64,000 nucleotides of DNA from the human T2T-CHM13v2.0 reference genome, Homo sapiens. The notes below the pieces were generated by a model, which was given only the letters and a program-made list of their open reading frames with translations, did no database searches and was not told where the DNA came from. This document shows, piece after piece, positions 1 through 15,920 of the stretch. Made by a program: the position numbers and the translations under genes. The DNA lies in the NCBI RefSeq assembly GCF_009914755.1, contig NC_060934.1; one strand, given 5' to 3'. Each line of letters begins with the position of its first letter. The stretch's first letter is position 1.

Positions 1-112
1 ACAGCTGGTGAAACAGACTGAAAAAGCAATATGTAAATTAGCTGAAGAAACTCAGTTCATATACTTATAGATATTCTAAAAAGTTATTACTAGACTAAGC
101 CGGAACAACATT

Positions 113-460
113 AATTTATTCAACAAATATTTACCAGGAATCTACTCTGTGCTAGTATTGTTTCAAGCACTGGAAATACAGCAGCGAACAAAATAAATTA
201 AAATCCCTGACCTCACAGAGCCTATATGACAGGGGAGCAAGGAGACACAAACTACAAAAGAAAAGAAGGAAAAAGGGGAAAGAAAAGAAAAAGAGAAAGT
301 AAGGGAAAGAGAAAAGAAGTGAAGAAGGAAGAAGAGAAAAAAGTCAAGAAAAGAAAAGAAAGGAAAAAATGTATCATGAAATGGAGATGGTGATAAATAC
401 TTTAGGGAAAAATAAAGTGAGAAAGGAGAATAATAAGGGCCAGGGAAGCTGGGGGAAGAT
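113..460 (-). mobile_element. L2 fragment interrupted by a GA-rich tract (255-370)
   Basis: ATTCAACAAATATTTA...CTACTCTGTGC L2 3' end signature. Confidence 0.6.
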
Positions 461-934
461 TTGTAATGTCATGTCCCCATCTAACTTTTTACCAAACTGC
501 ACTTTGGAAAAGTGCTCTTTATAGAGAAATGTTAACCTACTGTAAGTTTATCTTGTTTTATAAAATGCAAGTTTTGAATAAACTTGAATATTTAAATATT
601 CCTGGAATAAGATGAATTATGTAAAATTATATTTATAAAATGTTAACATTGGACAACTCCCCATAAGCTCAAAGAAAGTTACTCAGTCATAACAGGAAAG
701 CCCATTTATTTCTCTATGACATTTCAAAACAAAATGTACAGTGGAAAACTACATTAAGAGTAATAATATTTACACTACAGTCAATGTCAAAAGTATGGGT
801 GAACATTAAGTAGGCAGAACATTTAAACAGAAAAATCTAAATGTAAAGGTATTTGCTATGTAAATTTTTCCTTTCTGACATATAATATTCTGTTTATAAG
901 AATTCACTGATTATGAAAATTAGTCATTGGTTAA

Positions 935-1565
935 GAATGTAAAATAGTATAGCAGTGATGAAAAACAGTATGGAGGCTCCTCAAAAAATTAAAAATAGAA
1001 CTACCATATGATCTAACAATCCCACTTCTGGGCATATATCCAAAATAACTGAAACTGGGATCTCAAAAAGATTATCTGCACTCCCATGTTCACTGCAGCA
1101 GTACTCACAACCGCCAAGATACAGAAACAACCTAAATGTCCATTGACTGATGTATTGATAAAGAAAATGAAATGAAATATCATTGAATGAATATCATACA
1201 ATGAAATACCATTCAGCCTTTGAGAAGAAGGATATTTTGTCATGTGACAATATGATCAATCTGGAAGACATGCTAAGTGAAATAAGCCAGGCACAGAAGA
1301 ATAAATAATGGATGATTCCATTAACATGACATATCTAAAATAGTTAAACTCAGAAACAGAGAGTAGAATGGTGGTTGCTAGGAGATGGGGGGAAGGAGAA
1401 ATGAATTGCTATTCAATAGGTATAAAGTTACAGCTTTACAAGATGAATCTGTTTTAGAGATCTTCTGTACAACAGTGTCTATAGTTAACAACACCATATT
1501 GTACATTTAAAAATTTGTTAAGAGGGTAGATCTCATGTTAAGTATTCTTACCACAATTTAAAAAA
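935..1565 (+). mobile_element. Old L1 3' end (L1MB-like)
   Basis: ORF2 C-terminus and 3' UTR similarity (AAATAGAACTACCATATGA...GTAGATCTCATGTTAAGT), A-rich end. Confidence 0.8.
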
Positions 1566-3205
1566 GGTCACATTTTCTGAGATGAGAGCTCTTTAGATGA
1601 TCTTTTCTCTTTGGAATAAATATCAAGAAATTCAGATATGTCTACATGCCACTATAGGAAATGAAGAAATCTCAGGTGCCTGGTAGCTAATCCTTTATTT
1701 CTCTTTATGTGAGCCTCCACTGTTAACATGCTATTAAAAATTTTGAAGAAACTTAAATATCCATGAATAGGTAACTGCATAATATTCATAAAACCATAGA
1801 AAGCTGTATTTATTGATATCCTTTCAAGTGAAAAATGTTCCTGAGCAACATATGCAGTATGAAAGCATTTAGAGAGAACTGTGTCCATATACTTACAAAG
1901 ATATGTGTATGTGTATATGTATAACTACATATATTCTGTATACACACAATAGAGATTTCTGAAAAAATAATAGTTTATCTTTAAATATATTGTAGGATTT
2001 AGGAAAGTATGAATTTCCTATACCTTTTTGCTTTTTAATTTTTTTGTATCACCTTTAATAATCAGAAAGAAATTAAATAATAAAGTCATTTTTATTTTGA
2101 AGGAGAAAAAAGCAAGAGTATAACTCCTAAATAACTGAATATGTTTTCTTTGAGAAAATGGGTCATATCCTTTCATTCAGATAACATTAAATGACAATCA
2201 TATGCTACACCCTTTGATATAGAATTCCTATTCAAGAATTCTAAATTGCTAAAGCAAAAGCAAATCAAAGCCAGCAAACTGAACTTCAAATAGAAGGAAA
2301 TAAAAAATAATCTTAATACTTATTGAGAAATCACAAAGGTTTGGATTGCATTTCAGACTCACAAAACTTGGCGTGTTGAACTTTAATCAAACTTTCGAGA
2401 AAACAAGTAATTCCAAGGCACAGGTAAGCCAGAGAGAAGCCAAAACTTCTGAGGTCCTTCCTTTCCCCCAAGAGAAGTCCTGCCCAAACAACATGTGTGA
2501 TCACACCACTTACACGGAAGGAGTTGATTTGGTCATGAAACATTCCCATTTTATGTGCAGAAAGTTACACAGCTTATATGACATTCTCTATGCCTTAGAA
2601 TGTATAGATGCCTAGTTTGTCATCAATAAGCAATCCTAGAGAACCAGGTACATCCTGTAAGAATCACTCCATAAATAAGGACTTTTCTTACTAGGAAGGA
2701 AGTCTTCCATTAGCATGTTTAAAAGGACACAGAACTGTTTATCACCTTCTTTCTTCCCCAGGGTGTCCCAGAAATGTCCCTGCATTAGTGGTGAGAAGAA
2801 AGTAAGTTATTGTACAGTGTACATAGCAGTAACCCATGAGTGTTGGCTGAGGGTGGGGTGGCATGGGGGAGAGCCTTCTGTGTTGCTACATGCATAAAAA
2901 AACTCTACAAGGATACACGCCAAACTGTTAGCTGTGTATCCTCTGGGGTATAGAATGACAGCTGGAAAACATTTTTAATTTTTACCTAACACTTCTGTAT
3001 TGGTTAAAATTCATGGCAAAGAAAAATTATTTATAAATAAAACTATAAAAATTTAAAGACACAGCCAAAATAAAAATATATCTAGTTTCATTTTTTCCTA
3101 GTGTCAAGATTTTAAAATAATCAGACAGTAAACTAATTAATATCCTCTAATCGTTACCAAAATTTGTTCACAAACAATTGCTTCCTTTTTAAAATCTTCC
3201 ATTAA

Positions 3206-5520
<2,315 letters not shown>

Positions 5521-5961
5521 AAAAGAGTTATTATCAAATCACAATGTACATAAAACTCACTTAGACATGACTGTTTAAAACACTGATTCCTGGACCCCAC
5601 CCTCTGGGATTGAGTAGATAGTGAGGGCCAGGAATCTGCATTTTGAAGACCTTCCAAAGGATTCTGACACAGGTGTTCAATGGAGTGTACTTGAAAAAAT
5701 ACACTGCCCTAAATAAATTCTTAATAAAGCTCAAATCTCACAAGCTTTTCAAATTCCTTATTTATCTTCAATATTCCTTTACACAAGTATCTAATTTCCT
5801 CTTTATCTCTAAACTTGAAAAAAAAAAACCTGTGTGCACTTAGTAACTCCACATCCCAAATACCCAGTTACTACCTAATCCCTCACAATTTGGTTTACAT
5901 CTCATCACTATTCAAACTTACTCCCTGAGGATCTCCAAGAAATAGCTGATCAATCCAATAG

Positions 5962-6100
5962 GTGTGTGTGTATATATATGTGTATATATATATATGTATA
6001 TAGATATATGCGTGTATATATGTGTATATATATATGTATATAGATATATGCATGTATATATACGTATATATATATGTATGTATAGATAGATATATGTATG
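5962..6100. repeat. (TA)n/(TG)n compound microsatellite
   Basis: Direct inspection. Confidence 0.9.
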
Positions 6101-7548
6101 TGTCACATTACAATGTTTTGGTCCACAATGGACCCACATATGACAGTGGTCCCATAAGATTACAATGGAGCTAAAAAATTCCAGTCCCCAAGTGGTATCA
6201 TAGTAACACATTACTCACATGTTTGTGGCAATGTTGGTGTAAACCAACCGATTGCACACTGCCAGTCATATAAAAGTATAGCATGTACAATTATGTATAC
6301 TGTATACTACTTAGTAATAATAATCAATGACTATGTTGCTGGTTTATGTATTTACTATACCATATTTTTAGTCTTAAAGTATATTCCTTCTGCTTATATG
6401 TTTTAAAAGTTAACTGTAAAACCACCTCAGGCAGGTCCTTCAGGAGGTCTTCCAGAAGAAGGCATTATTATTATACAAGATGACAGCTCCATGGGTATTA
6501 CTGTCCCTGAAGACCTTCCAGTGGGACAAGATATGGAGGTGGGAGACAGTGATACTTATGATCCTGACCCTCTGTAGGCCTAGGGTAATGTGTATGTTTG
6601 TGTCTTTGTTTTAAGCAAAAAAGTTTAAAACTTAAAAAAAAATTAAATACAAAAAAAGCTTAATAGAAAAAGGATATAAAGAAACCAAATATATTTGTAC
6701 AGCTATACAATGAGTTTGTGTTTTAAGCTCTTTACTACAAAAGAGTCAAAAAGTTTTTTAAAATTTAAGTATATAAAGTTAAAAAGTTACGATAGGCTGG
6801 GCATGGTGGTTCACGCCTGTAATCCCACCCAGTACTTTGGGAGGCCAAGGCAGGTGATCACCTGAGAACCTGGAGTTCGAGACCAGCCTGGCCAACATGG
6901 TGAAACACCGTATCTACTAAAAATAAAAAAATTAGTCTGGTGTGGTGGCATGCGCCTGTAATCCAGCTACTCAGGGGCCTGAGGTAGGAGAATTGCTTGA
7001 ACCCAGGAGGCAGAGGTTGCAGTGAGCTGAGATCATACCACTGCACTCCAGCCCAGATGACAGAGGAAGACTCTGTCGCAAAAAATAAAAAAAAAAAAGT
7101 TACAATAAGCTAAGCTTAATTTATTATTGAAAAATAAAAAATGTTTAAAGAAATTTAGCATAGCCTAAATGTGCAGTGTTTATAAAGTCTACAGTAGTGT
7201 ACAGTAATGTTCTAGGCCTTCATATTCAGTTACTGACTTACCTAGAGTAACTTCTAGTCCTGCAAGTTCAGTTCATGGTAAGTGCCCTATACAGGCGTGC
7301 CATTTTTCATCTTGTATACTATATTTTTACAGTACCTCTTCTATGTTTAGATACACAAATCCTTACCATTATAACTGCCTAGAGTATTCTGTAAAGTAAC
7401 ATGCTATACAGGTTCGTAACCTAGGTACGTAGTAGGCTATATGATCTAGGATTCTGCAAGTACATACCATGATGGTTTCATAACCATGAAATCCCCTAAT
7501 CACCTTTGTTCTCAGAACATATCCCCACTGTGAATTGATGCATGACTG
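6098..7548 (+). mobile_element. Tigger3 (Golem)-family DNA transposon, split by an Alu
   Basis: GGTCCCATAAGATTACAATGGAGCT near left end; right terminus ...GATGCATGACTG. Confidence 0.8.
6795..7098 (+). mobile_element. AluS
   Basis: Full dimer with A-tail; TSD AAAAGTTAC(G/A)ATA. Confidence 0.92.
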
Positions 7549-7559
7549 TGTATAATACT

Positions 7560-9435
7560 TGGAGCCATAAACAAGACAGATAAGTCTTGTTTACATGAAG
7601 CTTGTCTTTTAGTGAGATAAACATGCAACCAATACAAAAACAACAACAAAGTGGTCAAAAGGGCACTGATGAAACTGATACGGATTTGGAGGTACATGCT
7701 ACTTTACACTGGTTGGCTAAGAAAGGTGTCATTAAAGATGTAACATTAAAATGAGATCTGAATAAGAAAAATGCAGATACAGAAGTATCACAGGGAGGGA
7801 GTTCTGGCCACAGAGAACAGTTATGAGTGCAAAGGTCTGGAGGTGGGAACATATCTAGATATTTACGGAATACACATATCAGAATGTCTGGAGCAAGCTG
7901 CCCAAGGAAACATGGCAGGAGATGAGGTTGAGAAGGCAAGCAGGGCCTACATTTTAGAGATTAAGGTAAGGAATCAGGATTAATTCTAAGTACAAAGGGA
8001 GGCAAGCAGTCAGGGGGCTTTGCACAGGAGAAGGATGAGATCCAATTATCCTTTGAGGTCATTCTCGGTACATTGTGGAAAACAGATTGTAGCAGGACAG
8101 GTGGGCCAGTTAGGAATCTCCTGAGGTATCCAGGTGAGAACATGGTGTGGGAGGAAGAAAAGTATACATTTCCATCTTTTTTGAAATTCTTCTTTCTGTG
8201 GTTTCCATAATCTTCAGCTCTCCTGGTTCTCTTAACTCAGCCCATATTATAATACTGGTACTACATTAATATTTGTGAACCACACAACATCTACAAGGAG
8301 TTCTTTACTTGCATTACTTATTTTAAATTTTCACATCAATTCTGTGATCCTTACAGTGTTATCATTTAGATTTTGTACATGAGGAATTCATATTGAAAAA
8401 AATATTAATTAACTTGCCATAGGATGCAGAACTAAGAAGAGGCAGGACAAGAGTTTGAAGTCACTTTACCTGACATCAAATCGTTTCTCTTGCTACTCTA
8501 TCACACTGCTGCCTTCTATGTTTCTGGTTCCTTTTTCCTCTCCCTTCACCACCCTCCGTCAGCTACTGTGGGTACACCCCTAAACTTCCCTTCCAGCCAC
8601 TGAAGGTTCATTCCATTTCTCCTAATCCTCTGTTTCCAGATGTTTGCAACATCCTTCCAGGGAATGTCTTATTCACAGCTAAAAGTCAATGTTCCCAAAA
8701 TTAAATTCCTTTTTCCTCCAAGCATCCTCCTCCTTTGGGCTGCATTTATATTATTAGTATCACCATCTTCAAAGCCTCAATTTCATGTTTAACTTGATTT
8801 TTCTATCATAATACCAATATTAAGTTAGCTGTCAAGTCCCAATGGCTCCATCATTTTAGCATCATTTAGCATCCAGCATTATGTTACTACGTCCAATCTT
8901 AGACCTCATTCACTCTCATCTGGACGAGGGGAATGACGTGCAGCTCATCTTCTCCTTGTAGTCTCACTTTCTTCAGATTCACCTTACACTTGACAGTGGC
9001 TTAAAATTTCTTGAAACATAAGTCAAAAACATCTACAAATTTAAACCAGCATCCCAAGCTGTTTATGATCTAGCTGAAATCTACTTTAAACTTTGCCTAT
9101 TACTTTTTTGCTTCAGAGAAATGAACTACCATTCATTTCCCAGCTATATCAAATTCTTCTAGCATTGAAGATTTTATTCACCTTATTTTTTGTCTGAAAT
9201 GGCCTTCTTCCAAATTTACTTGTCTAATCCCACCCTACATTTTAAAGGCCTAGATAAAATACCACTTCTTTTAGTGAGCCTTTCCTTAGTGTTTTCATCA
9301 TTCCCCACTTACATGCTCCAGAATGTAAAAATTCTTAAAGACTACAGATTAACTGACCATCTTCGCACACTCAAAATTGCTCAAACCAGTGCCTTGTTTA
9401 CTGCAAGAAAAAAATCTTGCTGAATGAATGAATGC
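7560..9435. mobile_element. Cluster of L2 and MIR fragments
   Basis: L2-like 7560-8150 (minus); MIR-like 8290-8510; L2 ending TGAATGAATGAATG at 9421-9434. Confidence 0.55.
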
Positions 9436-9632
9436 ATTCATAAAAAGTGTGAAAATGTGTAGTCAAAACACTTTGTAGAAGGGCAAATCTAACAAATGTT
9501 AACTTCTACAAAACTAAAAGATAACAGTTAAATCAGTATGAAAGAAAAATTTTAAGTCACTACATTTCTTTACTAAAAGCAATGGTTTTGAAATCATTAA
9601 TGTTATCTGGAAAGAAATCCATTTCTACTTAC

Positions 9633-9839
9633 CCGCTGCTGACACCTAACCATATCCATCAACTGCTGAGCTCCAGGAGATAACTTTGACCCCATGGACT
9701 CCATTATGGTTTGGACCTTGTCAAGGTCTATCCTTGATCCTAGAGCAGGAGAGCTTGTTGAAGAATTTGCAAAAACTGATCTCATGTGTACCACAACTTT
9801 ACTGATGAACACACACTGCCTTTCGCCAAAGGAGAGCAA
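9633..9839 (-). CDS. C10orf88: C10orf88 coding exon 4 (gene continues left of the window)
   Basis: Acceptor ATAATAG|, LLSFGERQCVFISKVVVHMRS...MVRCQQR, donor CGG|GTAAGT; 207 nt in phase 0. Confidence 0.94.
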
Positions 9840-10132
9840 CTATTATAAAACAAAAGTTCCAGAAAAGAATGATATTAAAAACAATAATCATTTAATGTAA
9901 CTTCTTGGTATGACCTAAACAAGAGTGAAGTATTCAAGAATCTAAAAATTAACTTCAAGTATATTTTAAACTTTTCTCTAGAACAGCAATAGTCAGGAAA
10001 AATTCCAATTTATCATGAGGCTCAGATGAACTATTTAAATAAGAGTCCTTTCAAAAATTAAGACTTCATGTAAAATAACAAATGAGGTGATTAAATAAAT
10101 GTTTACCTATTTAAAGAACTAAAAATAAACTA

Positions 10133-10724
10133 TAGTAGTTCCTCTTTATCTGTGGAGAATGTGTTCTAAGACCTCCAGTGGCTCCCTGAAATTGCATATA
10201 GTACCAACCCCTATATTTTTTCCTATACATACATACCTATGATAAAGTTTAATTTATAAATTAGGTATAGTAAGAGTTTAACAATAGAGTAATTTTGACA
10301 ACATAATAAAAGTTATGTGAATATGGTCTCCTCTCTCTAAATCTTACTGTGCAATACTTACCCTTCCTGTAATGACGTGACATGATAAAATGCCTACATA
10401 ATGAGATGAAGTGAGGTGAATGACACAGGCATTGTAATACAGGATTAGGCTACTACTGACCTTCTGATGATACATTTGGCTAGTAAGTGGCTAATGGGCA
10501 GTAACATATACAGCAGGGACATACTAGACAAAAGGATGATTCATGTTCCAGACAGGACTGAGCAGGATGGCAGGAGATTCGATCACACTACGCTGAATGA
10601 AGCACAATTTAAAACTTATGAATTGTTTATTTCTGAAATTTTCCATTTAATATTTTTGGACCTCAGTTGACTGTGGGTAATGGAAACTGTGGAAAGTGAA
10701 ACTGCAGATAAAGGAGAACTGCTA
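10133..10724 (-). mobile_element. MER44 (Tigger7-derived) DNA transposon
   Basis: Degenerate TIRs TAGTAGTTCCTCTTTATCTG / CAGATAAAGGAGAACTGCTA with TA flanks; MER44-like body. Confidence 0.75.
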
Positions 10725-11059
10725 TATACCAATCTGAGACCTTAACACACCACAACTTGCTACTTAACACAAAATAAGTCTGTCCAAATGCTCATGTAAA
10801 ACGTTTACTGAAATAAGTAAAATGCAATCCTTTCAAATTCAGAACTATAAGAGAATATCAAAATGATGTAATATAGCTTGCTGGATTACACATAGAAATG
10901 ATGACTTCAAGGGTGATTTTTCTAACTTGTTAAAGGACACTCAATTAGTAAAGAACCAGCTTGAAACCTATCTCTTCTGGCTTCTATCCCTGTAGTTTAT
11001 CCAACATTTTATCCTGTCCATATTTCTGAAACGAGACATTTCATGTATGGTACAGACAA

Positions 11060-11290
11060 CAGAGTAGCAAAATGGAAAGGGAACGGACTTTAGAATCAGA
11101 CAAACCTAAGTTTAACTTACGACTCTGGTACTTAACAACCTGTGTGACCCTGGGCAAATGCTAAATCTGAGTCAGGATAAAAATGAGAGAAGACAGTAGC
11201 AATGATTTCACATAGTTGTTGCGAGGATTATATGTTAAAATTTCCAGTAGCTACCAGTAAGTAAGTGCTCAAAAACCTGTATAAGTAACC
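11060..11290 (+). mobile_element. MIR
   Basis: Core-like CTGTGTGACCCTGGGCAAATG...GTTGCGAGGATTA. Confidence 0.65.
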
Positions 11291-12357
11291 ATTTTTTTAT
11301 TTGAACTTCCATATACTATTGCCTCAGAACAAGCTTTCATATCAATCCTAGAGCTTCCCTGAAATAACCCTTTGCACTCCCATGTACCTCCATTGAACAG
11401 TTAAAAAAACATTCACCTTCAGAGAGACACACAGGTCCACATGTCAAACAAGGACATAGGTCAATACAGACTCATGATCCAAGAACTCTTAAGTGTTGAA
11501 CCAAAGATGTGACTGTCTTCAACATTTTAAGGAAACACTCTTATTAACCTCCTACCTCTCAACCTCTCTATTATCCCCCTTTCTCTTTTTAACCCCATAG
11601 CCTTTTTCACCATTAAATATAGTATTTATTTTACTCATTGAGTCTCCTTATTGTCTGTCTTGCCCACTAGAATACAAGCAACATAAGTTCAGGCATTTCA
11701 GTTTATTTTCTTATTGCTAATTCCTAAATGACTGGTATAGTACCTGACATTAAGAGGCACTCAAATCTTTGTTGAATGAAGAAATTACTTTATTCAAATG
11801 GTTTTAGAAGCTATTTAATATATACTATCCAAAACAACATCTTGGGATAATCAGTCCTGTGAGTTTGCTATCTGCCTGTAAAAATCACTTATTTTTTCTT
11901 ATTGTAAAAATAGGTTTCAATCTTCTATAAGTAATGATAATAAGTACAGAAGTTTAGAGATAAAAAGAATCCAAGAATTTTCTTCAGCTCTCTAATTTTA
12001 CCCATGAGATAGGTCCAAAATCTGCCCAAGACTAATCCACTAGTCAGGACAGAACTGAATTAGCATTCAGGGCTTAAGACTTCCAATCCATTACCTTATC
12101 CCTAGACTCTGAAGACATAACTAACAGTTACCTTAACAATATTTTTCATGCTGAAGACAACAGTCCAATCCCTTTAACTTATTGGTTCTCTTGCTTGAAA
12201 CTTCTCTAATTTTGTTCTTTTATAAATGGGTTTTTGCCATCACAGTTTATATAGTTTTTAAAAATGTTTTTTGCTCAATTTCCCAACACTTCAAAATACA
12301 CAGCACTACCATATTAACAATACATTATCCAAGGTTAATAAATAGTCAAATTTTATT

Positions 12358-12490
12358 TTTATTATTTTTTTAGTGAGATGGGGTTTCACTCTGTTGCCCA
12401 GGTTGGTCTTGAACTCCTGGGCTTGAGCAATCCTCCCACCTCAGCCTCCTGAGTAACTGGGATTATAAACATGTACCACTGCACGTGGCT
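12358..12490 (-). mobile_element. Alu monomer (FLAM/AluJ left arm)
   Basis: Antisense Alu left-arm sequence. Confidence 0.8.
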
Positions 12491-12639
12491 CATGGTTAAA
12501 TTTTAAGAGAAAAAGTCTACTCACTGGTCACCGGGTGAAAAATTTAAAAAAAAAAAAATTTCTTAATTCAATGTTAAAAAGGGCTGATAATTTTTTAGAA
12601 AAGTAATTTCTTTGTACATGTTTACTAAGTATTTCTGAG

Positions 12640-12830
12640 CCTCATCTCTACTAAAAATTTAAAAAATTTGCCAGGCATGGTGGTGTATGCCTGTAGTCCC
12701 AGCTACTTGGGAGGCTGAGGTAGGAAGTTAGCTTGAGCTGGGAGATGACGTTGCAGTGAGCCATGATTGTCCCACTGCACTCCAGCCTGGGCAACAGAGC
12801 AAGATACTGTCTTGAAAAGAAAAAAAAAAG
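12640..12830 (+). mobile_element. AluJ right-arm fragment
   Basis: Alu right arm with A-tail. Confidence 0.85.
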
Positions 12831-12937
12831 CAAGCAAGCAAGTTGGACTAATTGTATTACTAATCCAAAAGAAAACAAGCATACACAGAGTACAAAAACA
12901 ACTTAGTTGTCAAATTAGTTTACAACTGACAACTTAC

Positions 12938-13010
12938 CTTTATTTTACAAGCATGTGTGGAGGACTCCAATTTTAGATTTTTTTTATACAAAATGATCTT
13001 TTCATGTTCA
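12938..13010 (-). CDS. C10orf88: C10orf88 coding exon 3
   Basis: Acceptor TTTTTAG|T, (S)EHEKIILYKKNLKLESSTHACKIK, donor AAG|GTAAGT; 73 nt brings cumulative CDS to 441 nt (phase 0). Confidence 0.92.
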
Positions 13011-13812
13011 CTAAAAATAAAAAAGAATTAATTTTTTTTACTTACATATATTGTCACTTTTAATAGTTACACTTAAAAATAAATGTTTCCAGAACAATAT
13101 TGAAATCCTAAGATTCAGTTTTCCTGGTGAGGCATGAAGAGTTGGGCTCCATAACTGAAGCACACTGCCTATGATTACATCTACCACTTACTAGGCTCAA
13201 TGAGAAAATTACATTATATAACATATGTACAACCATGTAGCCAGACTGTATTTTAAAGCTCAATAAACACAGCAATTGTTTCCAACATGCAGGATATAAA
13301 ACAGTTCATATTTTGTGTTAAAGACAGATTGGAGAAAAATCTTCGTAAGAAAAAAAATCACAAGTTGCGTTACAGGTTAATAAATAGGTTTATGTAGCAC
13401 AGTCTTAGATCCCTCCACCATTTCTAATAGGCTTCCAAGAAGAAAATGTATTCAAAGTTCCAGACTGACTACCAAATTAACTTTCGGAAGACAGACTGCT
13501 GTGAGTTTAAGGAAAGAGACACACTTCTCAAAATTTCATTCTAATAAAACTCTTCCACTAACTAGCTATGACCTCCTACCAATTCACCTTGATTGTTAGT
13601 TCTAAATTTCAACATTTATAAAAATAACTAGGCTGATCTACACTGTCTTTTAAGATCTCTAAAGTTGTAAACTTCTATGCCTACTGGCACATTTTTATCT
13701 TCTCTCCCATAACATATGGTATCAATATCAGAGAATCAATAATTATTGCAAAAAGTGAGAAAAATCAAAACACTACTTCAGAAGAACACTTTCCCGTGTA
13801 CAAGTCACACAC

Positions 13813-14016
13813 CTGTCATCCAGGACAGTACAAACATTCTTGCCCCTACTGGTTCCACAGTACTCCTCTCCTAAGTACACTTCCATATTTCTTGCTGAAC
13901 TTAAAATGCCAATAGAAGCGATTTCTTCACCTCCATCAGGGCCACACCTCAGGTAAAGGAAGCAGGGGTTTTCATCTTTGTTGTTGTGGTTTCTCTTCAA
14001 AATCACCAGATCCTGA
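13813..14016 (-). CDS. C10orf88: C10orf88 coding exon 2
   Basis: Acceptor TTCTCAG|T, QDLVILKRNHNNKDENPCFLYLRC...VLDD, donor CAG|GTGTGT; 204 nt, phase matches exon 1. Confidence 0.95.
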
Positions 14017-14053
14017 CTGAGAAGAAAATTGGTGAAAACATCACACAGTATAG

Positions 14054-14360
<307 letters not shown>

Positions 14361-14689
14361 GGGGCTTCTTTCTTCTAACTCACTTCCACTTGCCCTTGAG
14401 GTCCAAGCACCTTCCCAAGCATCCAAGAAGCGCTCAACACAGAATTCATACGGAAATGAAGGTGTCACACATCAGGGCTTTCCCAAACTCTATTTTTTCC
14501 TCAATCAACATTCTACTCAATCCCCTGCAATTGACTCTCGGATAATTACATAAATCACTGGGCACCTACTGGGTGCAGGGCACAATGAAAGACAAAAGTG
14601 TATCTTTTTCGAAATTAAGTCGACAGCGATCATCTATAGCTGGACTTTTTACACAGCCTGTTTTGGTGGACAGGAGGTGTCTTGTTTGA

Positions 14690-15920
14690 GGGTAGAGGGG
14701 CGGACTGACTTTGACAGCAGCCCTGAGGGGCTATCACGCCTGATGGGGACGTTTATGAAATTCCGAGTCCGGGTCACCTTCCCCCTCTCACGCCCAGGAG
14801 CCTCGGCCCCTTCCCGGCCGGACCCACCCCCCTCCGCCCACCCCGGACGACCTCGCAGCTCCCCTCCCCAACTAGAGACCTGGTACCAACTGCTCTCCCG
14901 GATCCCGGGCTCAGACCCTCTCGCCTCCCCTCACAGCTCCCCTAGAAGCGCGGCAGTTGCCGAGCATAGCGACCCCGTCCCCGTCGGCCCGGCGCACCCT
15001 GGAGCAGGCGGTGCCAGCAGCTCCTCCCAGTCGAAGTCACCGGGGCCGAGACCGGCCCGGGTGAGGAGGAGGCTGTGGGTCAGGGCCCCGCCTGCAACAT
15101 CCCAAGAAGAGGCCAGCGTGGGGCGGCGGGTGAGGCCCCCGTCCTCGGTCCGCGTCTCCATTCCGCCGCCTTCAGTCAGGCCAGCCCAGCCCCGGAACCT
15201 CTCTTCCAGTGCTTGAATTTCCGCCGGTACAGCGTGGAAATGGGCAGGCAAAGCGACTTCCGGCTCACTCCGCTTCAAGTACCCGCCGCTTCTTGCTTTG
15301 GTGGGGAGAGCAGGCACCAGAGACACGCATGCGCATGTGCCAGCTGGCCTCAGGCGCGGCGTTCAAAGTGTGCGGGGAGGAGGTCGAGAGCGGAGCATGC
15401 GCACTGGCAGACCCTTGCTCTTTCGCTGGAGACTATGCGCAGGCGCGGTGCACTGCGCGCCGGCACGAGGGTGTTTTCGACGTTGGCTGTGGGGAAACAG
15501 CAAGCGGCGTGGACGACCGTTGCTGAGCTGGTGTGGAACGTCTGTGATCAGGTAGGTGTAGTCTCGTCGCTCTACGCTGCGTGCAAGACCGACTCCTGAC
15601 CTCGTTCTTTCCCAAGGGGACGCCAGGGCCTTTTCTGCTTCCATTCCGTCGGATCTGCAGCATTTGTGGCAGCTAGCGCGGCGGACGCGCTGCCGATTCG
15701 GGTTATTTTTACTTCGAATTCTCCTAACCTCCCTCACACATATTCTCGCTTTAGAGGGGGGCTGAAGCGGATGATGGGGTTTTGGGGTTGAAGGGCATCT
15801 GTGATGGGCATTGAGCCACGCTGGCCTTCGCCGGGTGCTGTCTCAGCTGACGCCCCCTGACCCCATGTGCAACCCTCAGGCCGCAGGAACCCGGGCATCC
15901 AGGGCTGGACGCTCTAGGTG
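14690..15920. promoter_or_regulatory. CpG-island, probably bidirectional, promoter of C10orf88
   Basis: High GC and CpG; ETS/GABPA ACTTCCGG 15256-15263; NRF1-type motifs at 15325-15340, 15393-15403 and 15436-15446; plus-strand donor CAG|GTAGGT at 15552. Confidence 0.85.
14998..15161 (-). CDS. C10orf88: C10orf88 (PAAT) coding exon 1
   Basis: ATG at 15161, METRTEDGGLTRRPTLASSWDVAGG...APPAP(G); donor AGG|GTGCG; 164 nt; inside CpG island. Confidence 0.95.

Noticed and set aside
5918-6211. 97-aa Tyr/Ile/His-rich ORF
   Set aside because: Translation of a (TA)n/(TG)n microsatellite
15162-15336. In-frame GTG extension (15326) and a 23-codon uORF (15336-15265) upstream of C10orf88
   Set aside because: The starts lie inside NRF1 promoter motifs and may be upstream of the TSS, which cannot be placed from sequence alone
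14677-15737. Several long overlapping ORFs (up to 179 aa) in the C10orf88 CpG island
   Set aside because: GC-rich stop-poor shadow frames with Pro/Arg/Ala-rich translations and no recognisable domain
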